NCBI GenBank assembly: GCA_048013815.1
Contig: CM106586.1
Span: 14,942,001-15,006,000, forward strand
Origin: Setoptus koraiensis
Lineage: Eukaryota; Animalia; Arthropoda
Reading direction: 5' to 3'
DNA: 64,000 bases
The notes under the pieces were generated by a model. It saw nothing but the letters and a program-made list of their open reading frames with translations, was not told where the DNA came from and did no database searches. Below are positions 37,320-47,706 of the stretch, piece by piece. The position numbers and the translations under genes were made by a program. How positions within the stretch are numbered: the stretch's first letter is position 1; every line of letters starts with the position of its first letter.

Positions 37320-38822
37320 ATGATAATTAAACCTCCGTTATTGGTTAGTCTTGCAATCATTGGCTTGCTTTCCCAGATGGTCACTGCTTCATATAATGAT
37401 GAATTCTGGTCAAAGGAAAAATGCAGAGAAACTTTTCGGAATATCAATACACTTGAGGATTTTAGATACTATACAAATAGTCTCACAAATTATGTGTATA
37501 TTGATAACTCCATAACTATGTACGACGATGTGTCGATAGATAAAACAGCTTTGGATAGGTGTATGCATAGTGTGAATGGTTTAGGTGATCTGGTGGAGCT
37601 CAAAGAGATCGTAAAACAAGTATCTAGCACACATTCAGTCTGTCAAACTGACTTTGTTGAAAAATTGTTGGCTTTCGACAAACGAATGCAAGACAATAAG
37701 GTAGATAACAAAATTCTCTTTTTCACCAGAAAACAAAACCACAGACTTTCTCATTTTTTCAGTTTATTAGCCGGTCAAGTAGTTCTCACTTGTAAGAGAT
37801 CCCTATCCAAAAAGCTTGAAGAGGCAGAAAAAAGAAATGATGAATTGGTTAAAAGTATAGAAGTGATTCTTGGATCTATTGCAAAAAGTGATAGCGAGAG
37901 GTTTGGCCATAGTGTAGAAAGTCAAAAACTTTCGGCTGGTATAAACATGTTATTAAACATTGCCTTAGACACTTCAACGAAGCTTTTTAATAGAGTGGAG
38001 AACATTATTTTGTTGGACTCGCTGAAGCCGGCACCGGATTCTACGTATTCATTGGGTATGACGCTGAACAGTGTGGAAAAATTCGAAGCATTCATGAAAA
38101 CAAAAAACGCTTGCAATTTGATCGAAAGTTACGCTCGGAACTCTGTCTATACAATAGCGAAACTGGCTTGGAAAGGTTACTTGTCTAGAGACGAGTCGAA
38201 CGATGTAGACACAAGCCTAAACGTCGACGAACGTGCCCAGAAATGGATCAAGGTTATTCAATATTGCCAAGGTGTTACGTTGGTCACCCTCCACTTGGAT
38301 CTTGAGCAAGAGCAGCTAATTAAGCTTGATAAAGATCTCTCGAATAATAGTGAGCGTGAGGTGACCATTGATCTAGTTAAGGATGATCATCACGCAAATT
38401 TTGCCAAAACTAAAGCTGCTTACATCTATGAGCAAGTTGACAATTTCAGAGAATTCGACGACGATCTTAGATGCTACACATACTCGGGAGGTATCAAAGG
38501 TTGGCTCATGAAGCAAGCCGGACAATTTATGTTGACCAAATTCATCAAGATTGATGTGCACGACGAGTCATATAAGGAGTCATTATTGAAAGAGTATAAA
38601 GAATCGGAGGGTGATGTGGAATTCGGTGGCACAGGCACATCCCTCGCAACAGGAACAGGTGCAATACATGCGACAACCACTACTGTCGCGACTTCGCACC
38701 ATTGGTATCTAGGTGGTTCGCCTGGCGCCGAGGTCAGTATAGCATTTGCAATCTCAATAGGATTTACGTTCATTGTCTTCCTTCTAGCAAATATGCTGCA
38801 TCATGCGTGTAAGAGACGATGA
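37320..38822 (+). CDS. Orphan single-pass (type I) membrane protein, 500 aa, intronless
   Basis: Long ORF with a signal peptide (MIIKPPLLVSLAIIGLLSQMVTA), spaced cysteines, a Gly/Thr-rich stalk, a C-terminal hydrophobic span (VSIAFAISIGFTFIVFLLANML) and a basic tail HHACKRR. No family recognised. Confidence 0.8.
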   Translation: MIIKPPLLVSLAIIGLLSQMVTASYNDEFWSKEKCRETFRNINTLEDFRYYTNSLTNYVYIDNSITMYDDVSIDKTALDRCMHSVNGLGDLVELKEIVKQVSSTHSVCQTDFVEKLLAFDKRMQDNKVDNKILFFTRKQNHRLSHFFSLLAGQVVLTCKRSLSKKLEEAEKRNDELVKSIEVILGSIAKSDSERFGHSVESQKLSAGINMLLNIALDTSTKLFNRVENIILLDSLKPAPDSTYSLGMTLNSVEKFEAFMKTKNACNLIESYARNSVYTIAKLAWKGYLSRDESNDVDTSLNVDERAQKWIKVIQYCQGVTLVTLHLDLEQEQLIKLDKDLSNNSEREVTIDLVKDDHHANFAKTKAAYIYEQVDNFREFDDDLRCYTYSGGIKGWLMKQAGQFMLTKFIKIDVHDESYKESLLKEYKESEGDVEFGGTGTSLATGTGAIHATTTTVATSHHWYLGGSPGAEVSIAFAISIGFTFIVFLLANMLHHACKRR

Positions 38823-39094
38823 GAAACTACCAAGTCAAGATTCTTTGGAGCAAGCCGGAAACTATGACATACACGTGACAATAATAATTGTGTAATATCT
38901 GTAAATCGAAATGACTTTCAAATCGATTGTCACTTGTCATATCAACTAGTCTCGATTCGTTGGACGATGTGTCAGAAGATGGAGCAATTTTTTTTTGCTC
39001 GTTCACTAGAGGAATAAAAACTGTATCAAAACTCTATCGATATGTACACAATATCTGTGTATAGCGTCCGATAAATCGTTCATTTAGTTTGTGT

Positions 39095-39291
39095 CCAACA
39101 AAGTAGATCAGACTGGCCGCATGAGTCCTAAAAGTATTTCTGCAATACTTGATTTTGAGAGAATAAATTTTCACAAACACCCTTGGCATATAGAAGCAAT
39201 GAGTGCTAAAACTGGACAAGGTATACTGGCTGGAATGGACTGGCGTATATCTAGGCTCGATGCTCAGTCAGAGCTATCAAGAAGAAATTTG
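39095..39291 (+). pseudogene. Duplicated 3' fragment of ARL6 (direct repeat of 36602..36797)
   Basis: Near-identical nucleotides (roughly 90% by eye) encoding NKVDQTG...KHPWHIEAMSAKTGQGILAGMDW; no upstream ARL6 sequence. Confidence 0.9.
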
Positions 39292-39315
39292 TTTTAATTT
39301 TCGATTATTAATTGA

Positions 39316-40275
39316 TCATTTAAATAATAGACTATATGGGTATCCATATGACTTCTTACGGAATGTGGATAGTAGGAGACTGAAGAATATGGCCACCATG
39401 GCGAGACCTATTATTGCCATCATCTTTCTCTTCCTTCCATCAATGACAACGCTTCTTACAGATCGCATCGAGTCTGTCATCAAGATCATACCAATGGTGA
39501 CCGCCACATTCATTATTACAACCAAGTATGTTTCTATAACATATTGACCACTGCTGCTACTATAAATGTATGATACTCCTTTACTCGTTTTTTGCATGGA
39601 AGGCGCACCTCTAATATGATTCCACATCTGGCCAGAGGTCATAGTGAATACTATTGCCATTGCTGTAAATGCCCAAAGATTTCGGTTGTAGATGATCGTC
39701 AATGAGTTTCTGCTGGCATACAAGATTCCACCAATAATGACACCAAACAGCATAATAAATATCGGTCCGGAATAATTTGGCGGTCTAACCACTCTAATAT
39801 TCATTCCAGATTTTTCACTAACCCATCGTCCAATCACATCGGCACCGAATCCTAGACGCTGTATATTAAGTTCGTCCGGCGATCTTACTTTTCCCTTTTC
39901 GTTGAAGTACAAAAACGCTGGTGCGGAATTGATGCCAAGAAGATTAAAAACTTCGGATCCTTCATCGTAGTCAACAACTCCAAAGTATAGCTTCTGTGAT
40001 GCGTAATGTTGCGAATACCTGTAAGATGTTGCCACAATCATAAATTCCTCATATGCTTGTCGACAAATTTGACAGCTCCTCATTGGAGACAAGGCTGTCA
40101 TCATCACAACAAATGAATAGTTTCTAGGAAGGCTCTTGGATCCCACATACTGTCTGAATTTTTCTGCATTCAACTTAATGATTGGTCTCCTTTCTGATAG
40201 TTCATCGAGAGTTGGAATCGCATTGGCCAACTGGAAAAATATGATCAATAGTGCAACGTGCAATTTGAGTTCCAT
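39316..40275 (-). CDS. Oligosaccharyltransferase OST3/OST6 subunit (TUSC3/MAGT1 family), 319 aa, intronless
   Basis: Signal peptide, thioredoxin-like domain with CQIC (CxxC), RNYSFVVMMTAL, MTSGQMWNHIRG, four TM spans, C-terminal YPYSLLFK. Confidence 0.94.
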   Translation of the reverse strand: MELKLHVALLIIFFQLANAIPTLDELSERRPIIKLNAEKFRQYVGSKSLPRNYSFVVMMTALSPMRSCQICRQAYEEFMIVATSYRYSQHYASQKLYFGVVDYDEGSEVFNLLGINSAPAFLYFNEKGKVRSPDELNIQRLGFGADVIGRWVSEKSGMNIRVVRPPNYSGPIFIMLFGVIIGGILYASRNSLTIIYNRNLWAFTAMAIVFTMTSGQMWNHIRGAPSMQKTSKGVSYIYSSSSGQYVIETYLVVIMNVAVTIGMILMTDSMRSVRSVVIDGRKRKMMAIIGLAMVAIFFSLLLSTFRKKSYGYPYSLLFK

Positions 40276-40738
40276 CCTCTAAAGATTGATTGTGACCTTG
40301 CGTGATAAATAATCAGTATTGACAGATGAGCAGAAAGAAGATAAGGTGTCAGTGATGACAATAGAATCCTAAGTAGTGATCAGATTTGAAAAGATCTAAT
40401 ATAAATTAGTAATAATATAAATAAATAAAATGCACTTGATGTCTAGTACATGACATAAATGTCTATACGGTTTCGTTGTCCATCGACCAGCATTTCTTCT
40501 TTCCCTCTGCAGACCGTACGTCTAGAATACATTATTCGTTTGGGCAAAGGTTGCGCGAAAATCAAATTTTTTTTTCTGCGCAGAAAGTGTGACTCATGTG
40601 ATTGCTATAACAAAGCAAATACAGTAAAGTTCAGCCAAATGCGAAAAATTGGGACCAAAAAGCGAGCGCACGTTTTAAATTCACACTCATCATTTCGACA
40701 TGGAGGCGGACAGTCACTTTCAATTTTTCATTTATTAT

Positions 40739-41226
40739 TATCATCTCTTTAGCATCCTTATGCATATTTAGACAAATGCAATGTGGCTAGGAATTGTGAT
40801 GCAATCGATACTACCGGATCCGATACAACTGTGACAACACTTCATGCCTCAGCTGAAGGCCAGAAATCATTTTAGATCATTGTTATTATTATTATTACAC
40901 AAATTAGCTCAAACAAACATACACTTAACGCTACTTAAATCATATGTTGATTATATGACAATAACATTATGTCATTATGATCATCACCTTCGTGATATCC
41001 TATCAATAGGAAATAATGATCTTAGTTACTACCCATTAGATGGGTGAGGCCGCAAAATAATTCAGATTGACATGAATCATAGCATTACACAACCACCAAG
41101 AGAGACTTTGTATCATCTCTTTAGCATCCTAATGCATATTTAGACAAATGCAATGTGACTAGGAATTGTGATGCAATCGATACCACCGCATCCGATACAA
41201 CTGTGACGACACTTCATGCCTCAGCT
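40739..41226 (+). repeat. 116-bp direct repeat pair (40739..40854 and 41111..41226) inside the transposon 3' region
   Basis: TATCATCTCTTTAGCATCC...CTTCATGCCTCAGCT twice, with 5 mismatches in 116. Confidence 0.9.
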
Positions 41227-41424
41227 TATTAAATGACATATTGTAAATATGACAATATATATAAACACAAATATATACACAGATATACATTTATGGACAT
41301 CTTATTTAGGATAACACGATCAAAAACTAGACCTGCCAAACTATCCAACCAAAAAGACAGAAATACTTCGGCCTAGGAACTTCTTGATAAGCTGACTGTA
41401 GATAAGCCTTTATTAATATCACTA

Positions 41425-42774
41425 TCAATCAACATGCATTTCATCACGATCAACATCAAACCAATCATCATCAGTATCATTCTCTTTCTTGTCATCAATC
41501 ATGGATTTAGTCAACAGACCGGAAATGTATTGCTCATAGTCAATTGAATCAACAAACAGATGTGAAGCTCTCTTGTACCTTTCACTCACTTCGTCTTCTA
41601 CATCATCACTGTCAATAAATATCACCGGCATATCACTCAAATCACGTTTAAAGCCGCATTTCTTCCAACAGTTAATGATTGTTGTCTCACTCACTTCATT
41701 CCAAGCACTTGAACACCAATTTATAACTTGCATCAGATCGATGTCTTTGAAGATCCGTTTACTTGTCTTGTACTTTTCATAGTTCTCGAACATGTGGTCG
41801 AGCAGCTTTGACATGTAACGAGTCTTGAAAGAGTGAATGATGCCTTGATCGAGAGGCTGTGTCAACGATGTCGTGTTTTTTGGCAAAAATTTTAGTTCGA
41901 TGGTTGGGTACTTTGTCATGTCAATTTTCTCATGTTGCTTTGCATTGTCAACGAGCAAAATGATTCGTTGGTGACTGTCTAGAAGCTCTTGATGCAAATT
42001 GGACAATATAGTTTCGAAGATCTCTCTTGTTATGAACGAGCTCTCAGTGCTGTAGTAATCAACCGGAAGTCTCTTCAAGTCATGTTTAACCGATTTGAAG
42101 CATCTTGGTCTTCTGACATTACCTACTATCACTGGCTTCCGCTTCTGACCTGAACAATTTACAAAAAATGCAACAGTCACAGCCTCTTTGTGTGTTTTCA
42201 GACCCTGTCTTTTTGAGCCTGACCGACAGTTTGTGCGAGCTGGATGTTGCTTCCAAAACAGTCTACTCTCATCGAAATTCCAAAGATCGAAGTTTGTCCA
42301 TTCATGCAAAATTTTAGGTATTTCAGCACTCTTGAACTGATCAGCAGCTTCGTGGTCGGCAGACAAAACTTCTCCGCATAGTGTGCCCGTTGTTATTTTA
42401 TATCTGGCTTTGAAGCAGCGCCACCAGCCCTTTGATTTCATTGTATGGCCTTTACCTTCCTTTCCAGCCACTACCTTTCTCACCATTAATGTATTAACAG
42501 GCAACCCGTTTTTGCGGTACTCTTCGACTTTGAGCAATCCTTGTGCATCTAATTCCAAAGGTGCATTGTGGGCAATTTTGGTTTGATGGTTGTTGAAAAC
42601 ACGACAAACATCCAATATACGTTCTTTATCATGAAGAATTCTATAAACTTGAGACAAACTGAGATTATATATTTGCGCCAGTTCTCTTGGAACATATTTT
42701 TGTGAATCAGTAATTAACTCCTTTCTCTCTTTAAATGTCGTGTTTCTTCTTCTTCTCACACGTCTTCTAGGCAT
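41425..42774 (-). CDS. pogo/Tigger-family (CENP-B-like HTH + DDE_1) transposase, intact ORF of 449 aa from MPRRR (upstream ATG at 42888 possible)
   Basis: YNLSLSQVYRILHDK (HTH), SKGWWRCFKARY, WNFDES, LLVDNAKQH, QPLDQGIIHSFK. 32 residues separate the 2nd and 3rd catalytic Asp (DD32D). Confidence 0.92.
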   Translation of the reverse strand: MPRRRVRRRRNTTFKERKELITDSQKYVPRELAQIYNLSLSQVYRILHDKERILDVCRVFNNHQTKIAHNAPLELDAQGLLKVEEYRKNGLPVNTLMVRKVVAGKEGKGHTMKSKGWWRCFKARYKITTGTLCGEVLSADHEAADQFKSAEIPKILHEWTNFDLWNFDESRLFWKQHPARTNCRSGSKRQGLKTHKEAVTVAFFVNCSGQKRKPVIVGNVRRPRCFKSVKHDLKRLPVDYYSTESSFITREIFETILSNLHQELLDSHQRIILLVDNAKQHEKIDMTKYPTIELKFLPKNTTSLTQPLDQGIIHSFKTRYMSKLLDHMFENYEKYKTSKRIFKDIDLMQVINWCSSAWNEVSETTIINCWKKCGFKRDLSDMPVIFIDSDDVEDEVSERYKRASHLFVDSIDYEQYISGLLTKSMIDDKKENDTDDDWFDVDRDEMHVD

Positions 42775-43236
42775 TTTGGAACAAAATAAATAGCGAATAG
42801 AGGACCTTGGATATACACAGGACTGATAAAGATGAGCCATAGATGACCGGCAGCAACCAAAAAGTTCGCTAGAAACACATGGATGCACAAAGATTCGATT
42901 TTACCGCGAGAGAATAAAGTGAAAATAGCAAAAACGTGATCAATTTTCGCATTTGGACAGAATTCGCATTAGGCTTAACTCCACTGTATTTATCAATAAG
43001 GTAATGCAAAGTCATGGAGTGATGTACATGTAAATAAATCAATTATGTTATCTTTGTCTACACTCCTCTGTTATCCAATATACATTACTTCACTTTCTCT
43101 ATGAACGTATCATCATTATCCTTTTTTATTTGATTTATATTTCTTGTATTGATCTTATGGAATTTTAGTCACACACACATCATTCATTTGATAGAATAGC
43201 AACCAAATAAATCAACAACAGAAGATACAAGACAAA

Positions 43237-43830
43237 ATGGAAAAACATTTGTTTAATCTCAAATTTGCAGCCAAAGAATTAGAGAGAAACTCAAAGAGGT
43301 GCAACAAACAGGAGAAGATCGAAAAGGACAAGGCGAAGAAATGTATTGCAAATGGTCAAATCGAAAACGCCAAGATACATGCTGAAAATGCGATCAGGCA
43401 GAAAAATCAGGCCACAAATTACTTAAGAATGGCAGCCCGTATCGATGCTGTGGCCAGTCGTGTTCAGACTGCAGTCACAACTAAAAAAGTCACCACTTCG
43501 ATGACAGGAGTCGTCAAGGCAATGGATTCCGCCATGAGCAGTTTAAATTTGGAGAAAATTTCTGGTGTTATGGATAAATTTGAGAAACAATTTGAAGATC
43601 TCGATGTACAATCATCATACATGGAGAACACAATGAGTTCTACAACGACAGTATCGACACCCCAAGGTGAAGTTGACAATCTGATGCAACAGATAGCGGA
43701 CGAGGCCGGACTAGAGCTTAATCTAGAACTGTCTCACGGGGTAAAGTCATCTGTGTTGCCCTCCGCAACTATTGTCTCTCAGGAACAGGATGAGCTCACC
43801 AAGAGATTGGAACAACTGAGGAATGCCTAA
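43237..43830 (+). CDS. CHMP1B: ESCRT-III subunit CHMP1B (Did2/Vps46), 197 aa, intronless
   Basis: MEKHLFNLKFAAKELERNSK, AKIHAENAIRQKNQ, RIDAVASRVQTAVT, C-terminal MIM QDELTKRLEQLR. Confidence 0.96.
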   Translation: MEKHLFNLKFAAKELERNSKRCNKQEKIEKDKAKKCIANGQIENAKIHAENAIRQKNQATNYLRMAARIDAVASRVQTAVTTKKVTTSMTGVVKAMDSAMSSLNLEKISGVMDKFEKQFEDLDVQSSYMENTMSSTTTVSTPQGEVDNLMQQIADEAGLELNLELSHGVKSSVLPSATIVSQEQDELTKRLEQLRNA

Positions 43831-44250
43831 TCACCTTACACATATGAATGAGTGAACACCGTGATGTAGTAATCCAATATGATTGCTAAATTCTGTTGTT
43901 TTATAGCTTATTAAAACGAAGAAAAAACAATAAATGTATAGCTTATCGTTGTTAGTTTACAACAGTGCAAACTTCTAGATCGGATGGTCAGCGCGGATGA
44001 AGTTGATATTTATCGTTCATTGTAGCTATATGATGGTAAATTTGACCTTCAGCACCTCTGTTGTTTGTATCTGTCATATATTGTTGCGGATTATCTGAAT
44101 ATCTACTTGTCTTCGATCTAGGTGTAAACAGTTTGCTTTTCTTATGTAAGCCAAACAATTGACAAGTTTTCTTGATCAATCGTGCAATGGTGCTCATCGT
44201 TATCAGAAGCTCGTTGGTCTCTATTCAGAGGCGCCCTCCAGAATTCAAGT

Positions 44251-46252
44251 TTATAATGCGAAGTGTAGGATCAATATAATGCCAGATATAATCCACCCTA
44301 CCAGCTGCACAAGAGATTTGTGATGAAAGACAAAATACAAAGTCAGTCTGTTGTAGTGATGTGATCACTCGAAAATATTTCTTACATTTTTACCAACCAT
44401 TGGCAAGTTTTCGAGTGTCACTGGATATCTAGCTGCGATTAAAAATGTGATATTCCGGACATCGTGTAGATCATCCCTTACATAAATCAGTCGCTCTACG
44501 TTCCAGGTAGTCATGAACTGCTGATGAATTAGCAGATTCTGTATGGCATGATATATTTTTGTGAACTGACATTGAGAATAATACAAATGGGGGTTGATAT
44601 TGGTTGAAAGATGAAGATGTTCAAGTTGCACCCAGGATCGAAGGATAAAGTTCAATAGGCTTAAAGCTTGTACCAACATACTGACCCTGCTATGGATAAC
44701 ACCAACAGTGAAGCTTATATACACAACAGGAAACGAAAAACCAAGAAAAAGAGAACTTAATGCTGGGAGTTCTGGATCTTTAAAGTCTGGCATTCTCATG
44801 ATGGTGGCAACAGTCAACATGACACACGGCATCATGAAAATAAGTTCTAAATTTAGATAGTCGTTGAAATTTCGCTTTAATTGACCAAAATCGCCGCGCA
44901 ACCCAGATATCATTCTTATAAGTTTCTCAACATGGTTGGATATCTCAATCGAATTCTCAGTTTTATTCCTTCTGATTAAAACACTGACTGAATTGAATTC
45001 TCGGTGAAACAAATTTCTAGGATGATGGTTGAAAGTCTTGTCGTCCATGGCTGCCAGTATTTTCAGTCTATTTTTGTGAATTCTAGTTTGCTTACGATAG
45101 AGTTCATTCAATTCTCTGGCATATCTCAGTGTGCGCTTTGCTTTGCTAAAACAAACGAAACAATCCCAAATAAATGGTGTAATATCTAAAAATTGATGGA
45201 GTATTATATGATTCAAGATAACGCCAAGCAAAATAGAAATGAGGCGCTCTGTCGTGAATAATTTCTCGGAATCTTGATAGTTATACACCTTACTGGATAT
45301 TAACATCGGGAAAACAGCCACACCCAAGAGAAAAAATAGTGATAACCACCCTAAAACTATCCAATGAGCTAAAAATCTCATTGACGCTTTATCGACCATG
45401 TGAGGACTGCCATTTTTCAGAAAATGTTTGGGAAATTTAAGCTGATAATTGATCTCCCGAAAATCATCGTTGAAATCAAACAATATTTCATGCCTCGCGT
45501 TGCTCGAATTTCCGGATTTCGCCGATTTCGCACTGGCGTCACATACATCTATGTAGCTACTTCTAGATTTATGATAACCGAAATTAGCTTCGATGCGATT
45601 AAATGTGTCACTTTTCTTCTCTTGTGACATTTTGAAACCCTCCAGATTTCGGCGCGACAACGTTGCAATTACAACTTTCTCTTTGTCTAGCTGTTCGTTC
45701 GCTCAACTTGTCCTTAGATTGGACTAAATTAGTGTAGCCCATGATATAGAGCCAGGCTCGTGGGGTTAATTTGAAACAATTGAAATAAGTCATAACTATA
45801 TCATACTGTCTGGGGCGATAATTTGCACTCATACTTCTACGCAGATGTTTAACACGGAAAATGTAAGTTTCAATCAGAAGTATAGCTACAATTCTGTTCA
45901 CCACCTGAGAGTATCTATAATTAACATATGGGTCGGTTATCAAATTCCATTTACGCAGTTCCTGAATAACACTCTCATCACAGAAGCCAATTACTAATGA
46001 ATTGATCGCTATGTAGATTCCAAAAAGAAAATCAGATAGCATATAGAGCAAATAGTGTGGCTTTCGCTGTCTATTATTTAAGAAAATTTTTACTCTGCCG
46101 ATTAATATACTCATCCTTCTGTGATTCCTCTTGTCGTCGAACTGTTCCGATGATATTTCTTGCACTTCATCGGGCAGCAAATTCACTGAACCATTGACAA
46201 TTGAACAGGAGAAAATCAGTGGAAAGAATATGTTAATTCTGATGGAATCCAT
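44251..46252 (-). CDS. Gustatory-receptor-like 7TM gene, copy A: complement(join(44251..44304,44386..44565,44686..46252)) with one +1 frameshift at the A4 run 45630-45633 (pseudogene or assembly indel); ~599 aa if repaired
   Basis: Seven hydrophobic spans with GR-like spacing. Phase-0 introns AGG|gtcagt..tgtcag| (120 nt) and AAT|gtaaga..gtgcag| (81 nt) are conserved in the paralogues. The last exon is LVGWIISGIILILHFAL*, resembling the GR TM7 TYhhhhhQF motif. Confidence 0.7.
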
Positions 46253-46824
46253 TTCGTGATTTGTTGTGGCAAAAAATAGTTCTCTCTAAAATGCTGATGG
46301 GAGACGGGTTTAAATATTTTAAACTTTAAGGTAGCATCATCTGAGACAAAATCGTATGCAACGTGTCTGTTCATTATTCACATTGCAGATCTTTTTCGAT
46401 CATAAATCTCGATTGAATTTTTTTTTCTTGTCTTTTCAGGAAATTTGTTGCGAATATTCATTGTCCACCACGCATAGCCTAATAGCCAAGTAACATGTTA
46501 TCTTTGTTTGATTAAGCGATCTAATGATCCAGACACCGGTCTAGAGCACGTCAACTCAACCGATTGACAATGTACCTTCTGACCTTAAGAGTGTACATAA
46601 CGCACGAATTGAGTGCACAATGATAAAAATGGCAAAACTCCAAGGTCGATCAAAACTACGAGCTGATCGAGGTGGAAACTCAATGGTTTGAACCACATCC
46701 AGCCATTTGTGCTATTCCTTCCATTTGGCAGAAGCGTTAGAAATGGTTTTGTACTCTGGCGAAAGACCGTGTGGTTCAAACCACGAGCATACGACCATGT
46801 AACAATTTCTATCGCCACACTGTA

Positions 46825-47400
46825 GAGGCGCCCTCCTAACTTCAAATTTATAATGATCAATATAGTGCCAGATATAATCCATCCAACCAGCTACACAAGA
46901 AATTCGTGATGATGATGAAGACAAAATACAAAGTCAGTCTATTGAAGGGGCTGTGATCACTCGGAATTTTTTTTTTATATTTTTACCAACCATTGGCAAG
47001 TTTTCGAGTGTCACTGGATATCTAGCTGCGATCAGAAATGCGGTATTCTGGACATCTCCTAGATCATCCGTTCCATCATCATCGCTGTACGTTCCAGGTA
47101 GTCATGAACGGCTGATGAATTAGCAGACTCTGCAAGGCATGATATATTTTTGTGAACTAACATTTAGAATAATACGAATGGGGGTTGAAATCGGTTGAAA
47201 GATGCAGATGGTCAAGTTGCTCTGATTACAGATTCAACGGATGGCTTTGATAGGTTAAAAGCTTGTGCCAACATTCTGACCCTACGATGGATAACGCCAA
47301 CAATGTAACTTATATACACTATAGGGAGCCATTAACCGAGATAGAGCAAGCGAAGGGGTTGTCTCATTTTAGGGTGTTTTTATTTTTGGTCTATCTTTCT
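46825..47400 (-). pseudogene. GR-like copy B: 3'-only decayed fragment
   Basis: Homologous to the last exons of copies A and C. It has in-frame stops (LG*WLPIVYISYIVGVIHRR), the GTAAGA donor is mutated to ATAAAA, and a deletion removes the end of the last exon. Boundaries are approximate. Confidence 0.75.
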
Positions 47401-47706
47401 TTTCCGGTGACAAAACAATTCAATCTTTGGTATAGTAGAAACAAGTGTCTGTAAGAACTTGCATGAAATAGGCAAAAGCCGGATCGAATTTTAACTCACA
47501 AAAAGAGGATGTGCTTTAGTTCCATCACAGAGAAACAATTGCAAGTCCGGTCGATACCAAGAGAAAAAACAATGATCAATGGGATTGCTAAAAGTTTGCT
47601 TTCCGAATATAAACCAAACAATCGCTTCTTGATCAATCGTGCAATGGTGCTCATCGTTATCAGATACTCGTGGTCTCTCTCCGAAAGCGCCCTCCTAAAT
47701 TCAAAT

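Larger units (their letters stand above)
40622..42986 (-). mobile_element. Full-length pogo/Tigger (Tc1/mariner superfamily) DNA transposon, 2,365 bp
   Basis: TA at 40620-40621 and 42987-42988. Left TIR CAGTAAAGTTCAGCCAAATGCGAA versus right TIR (reverse complement) CAGTGGAGTTAAGCCTAATGCGAA is 20/24 identical. An extra subterminal CCAAATGCGAAAATT copy lies at ~42942-42956. The ends enclose the transposase ORF. Confidence 0.85.

Noticed and set aside
44365-44385. ORF-track C-terminus VRNIFE* and the in-frame read-through of 44566..44685 in copy A
   Set aside because: Both segments have conserved GT..AG boundaries in the paralogues and contain stops or indels there, so they are introns.
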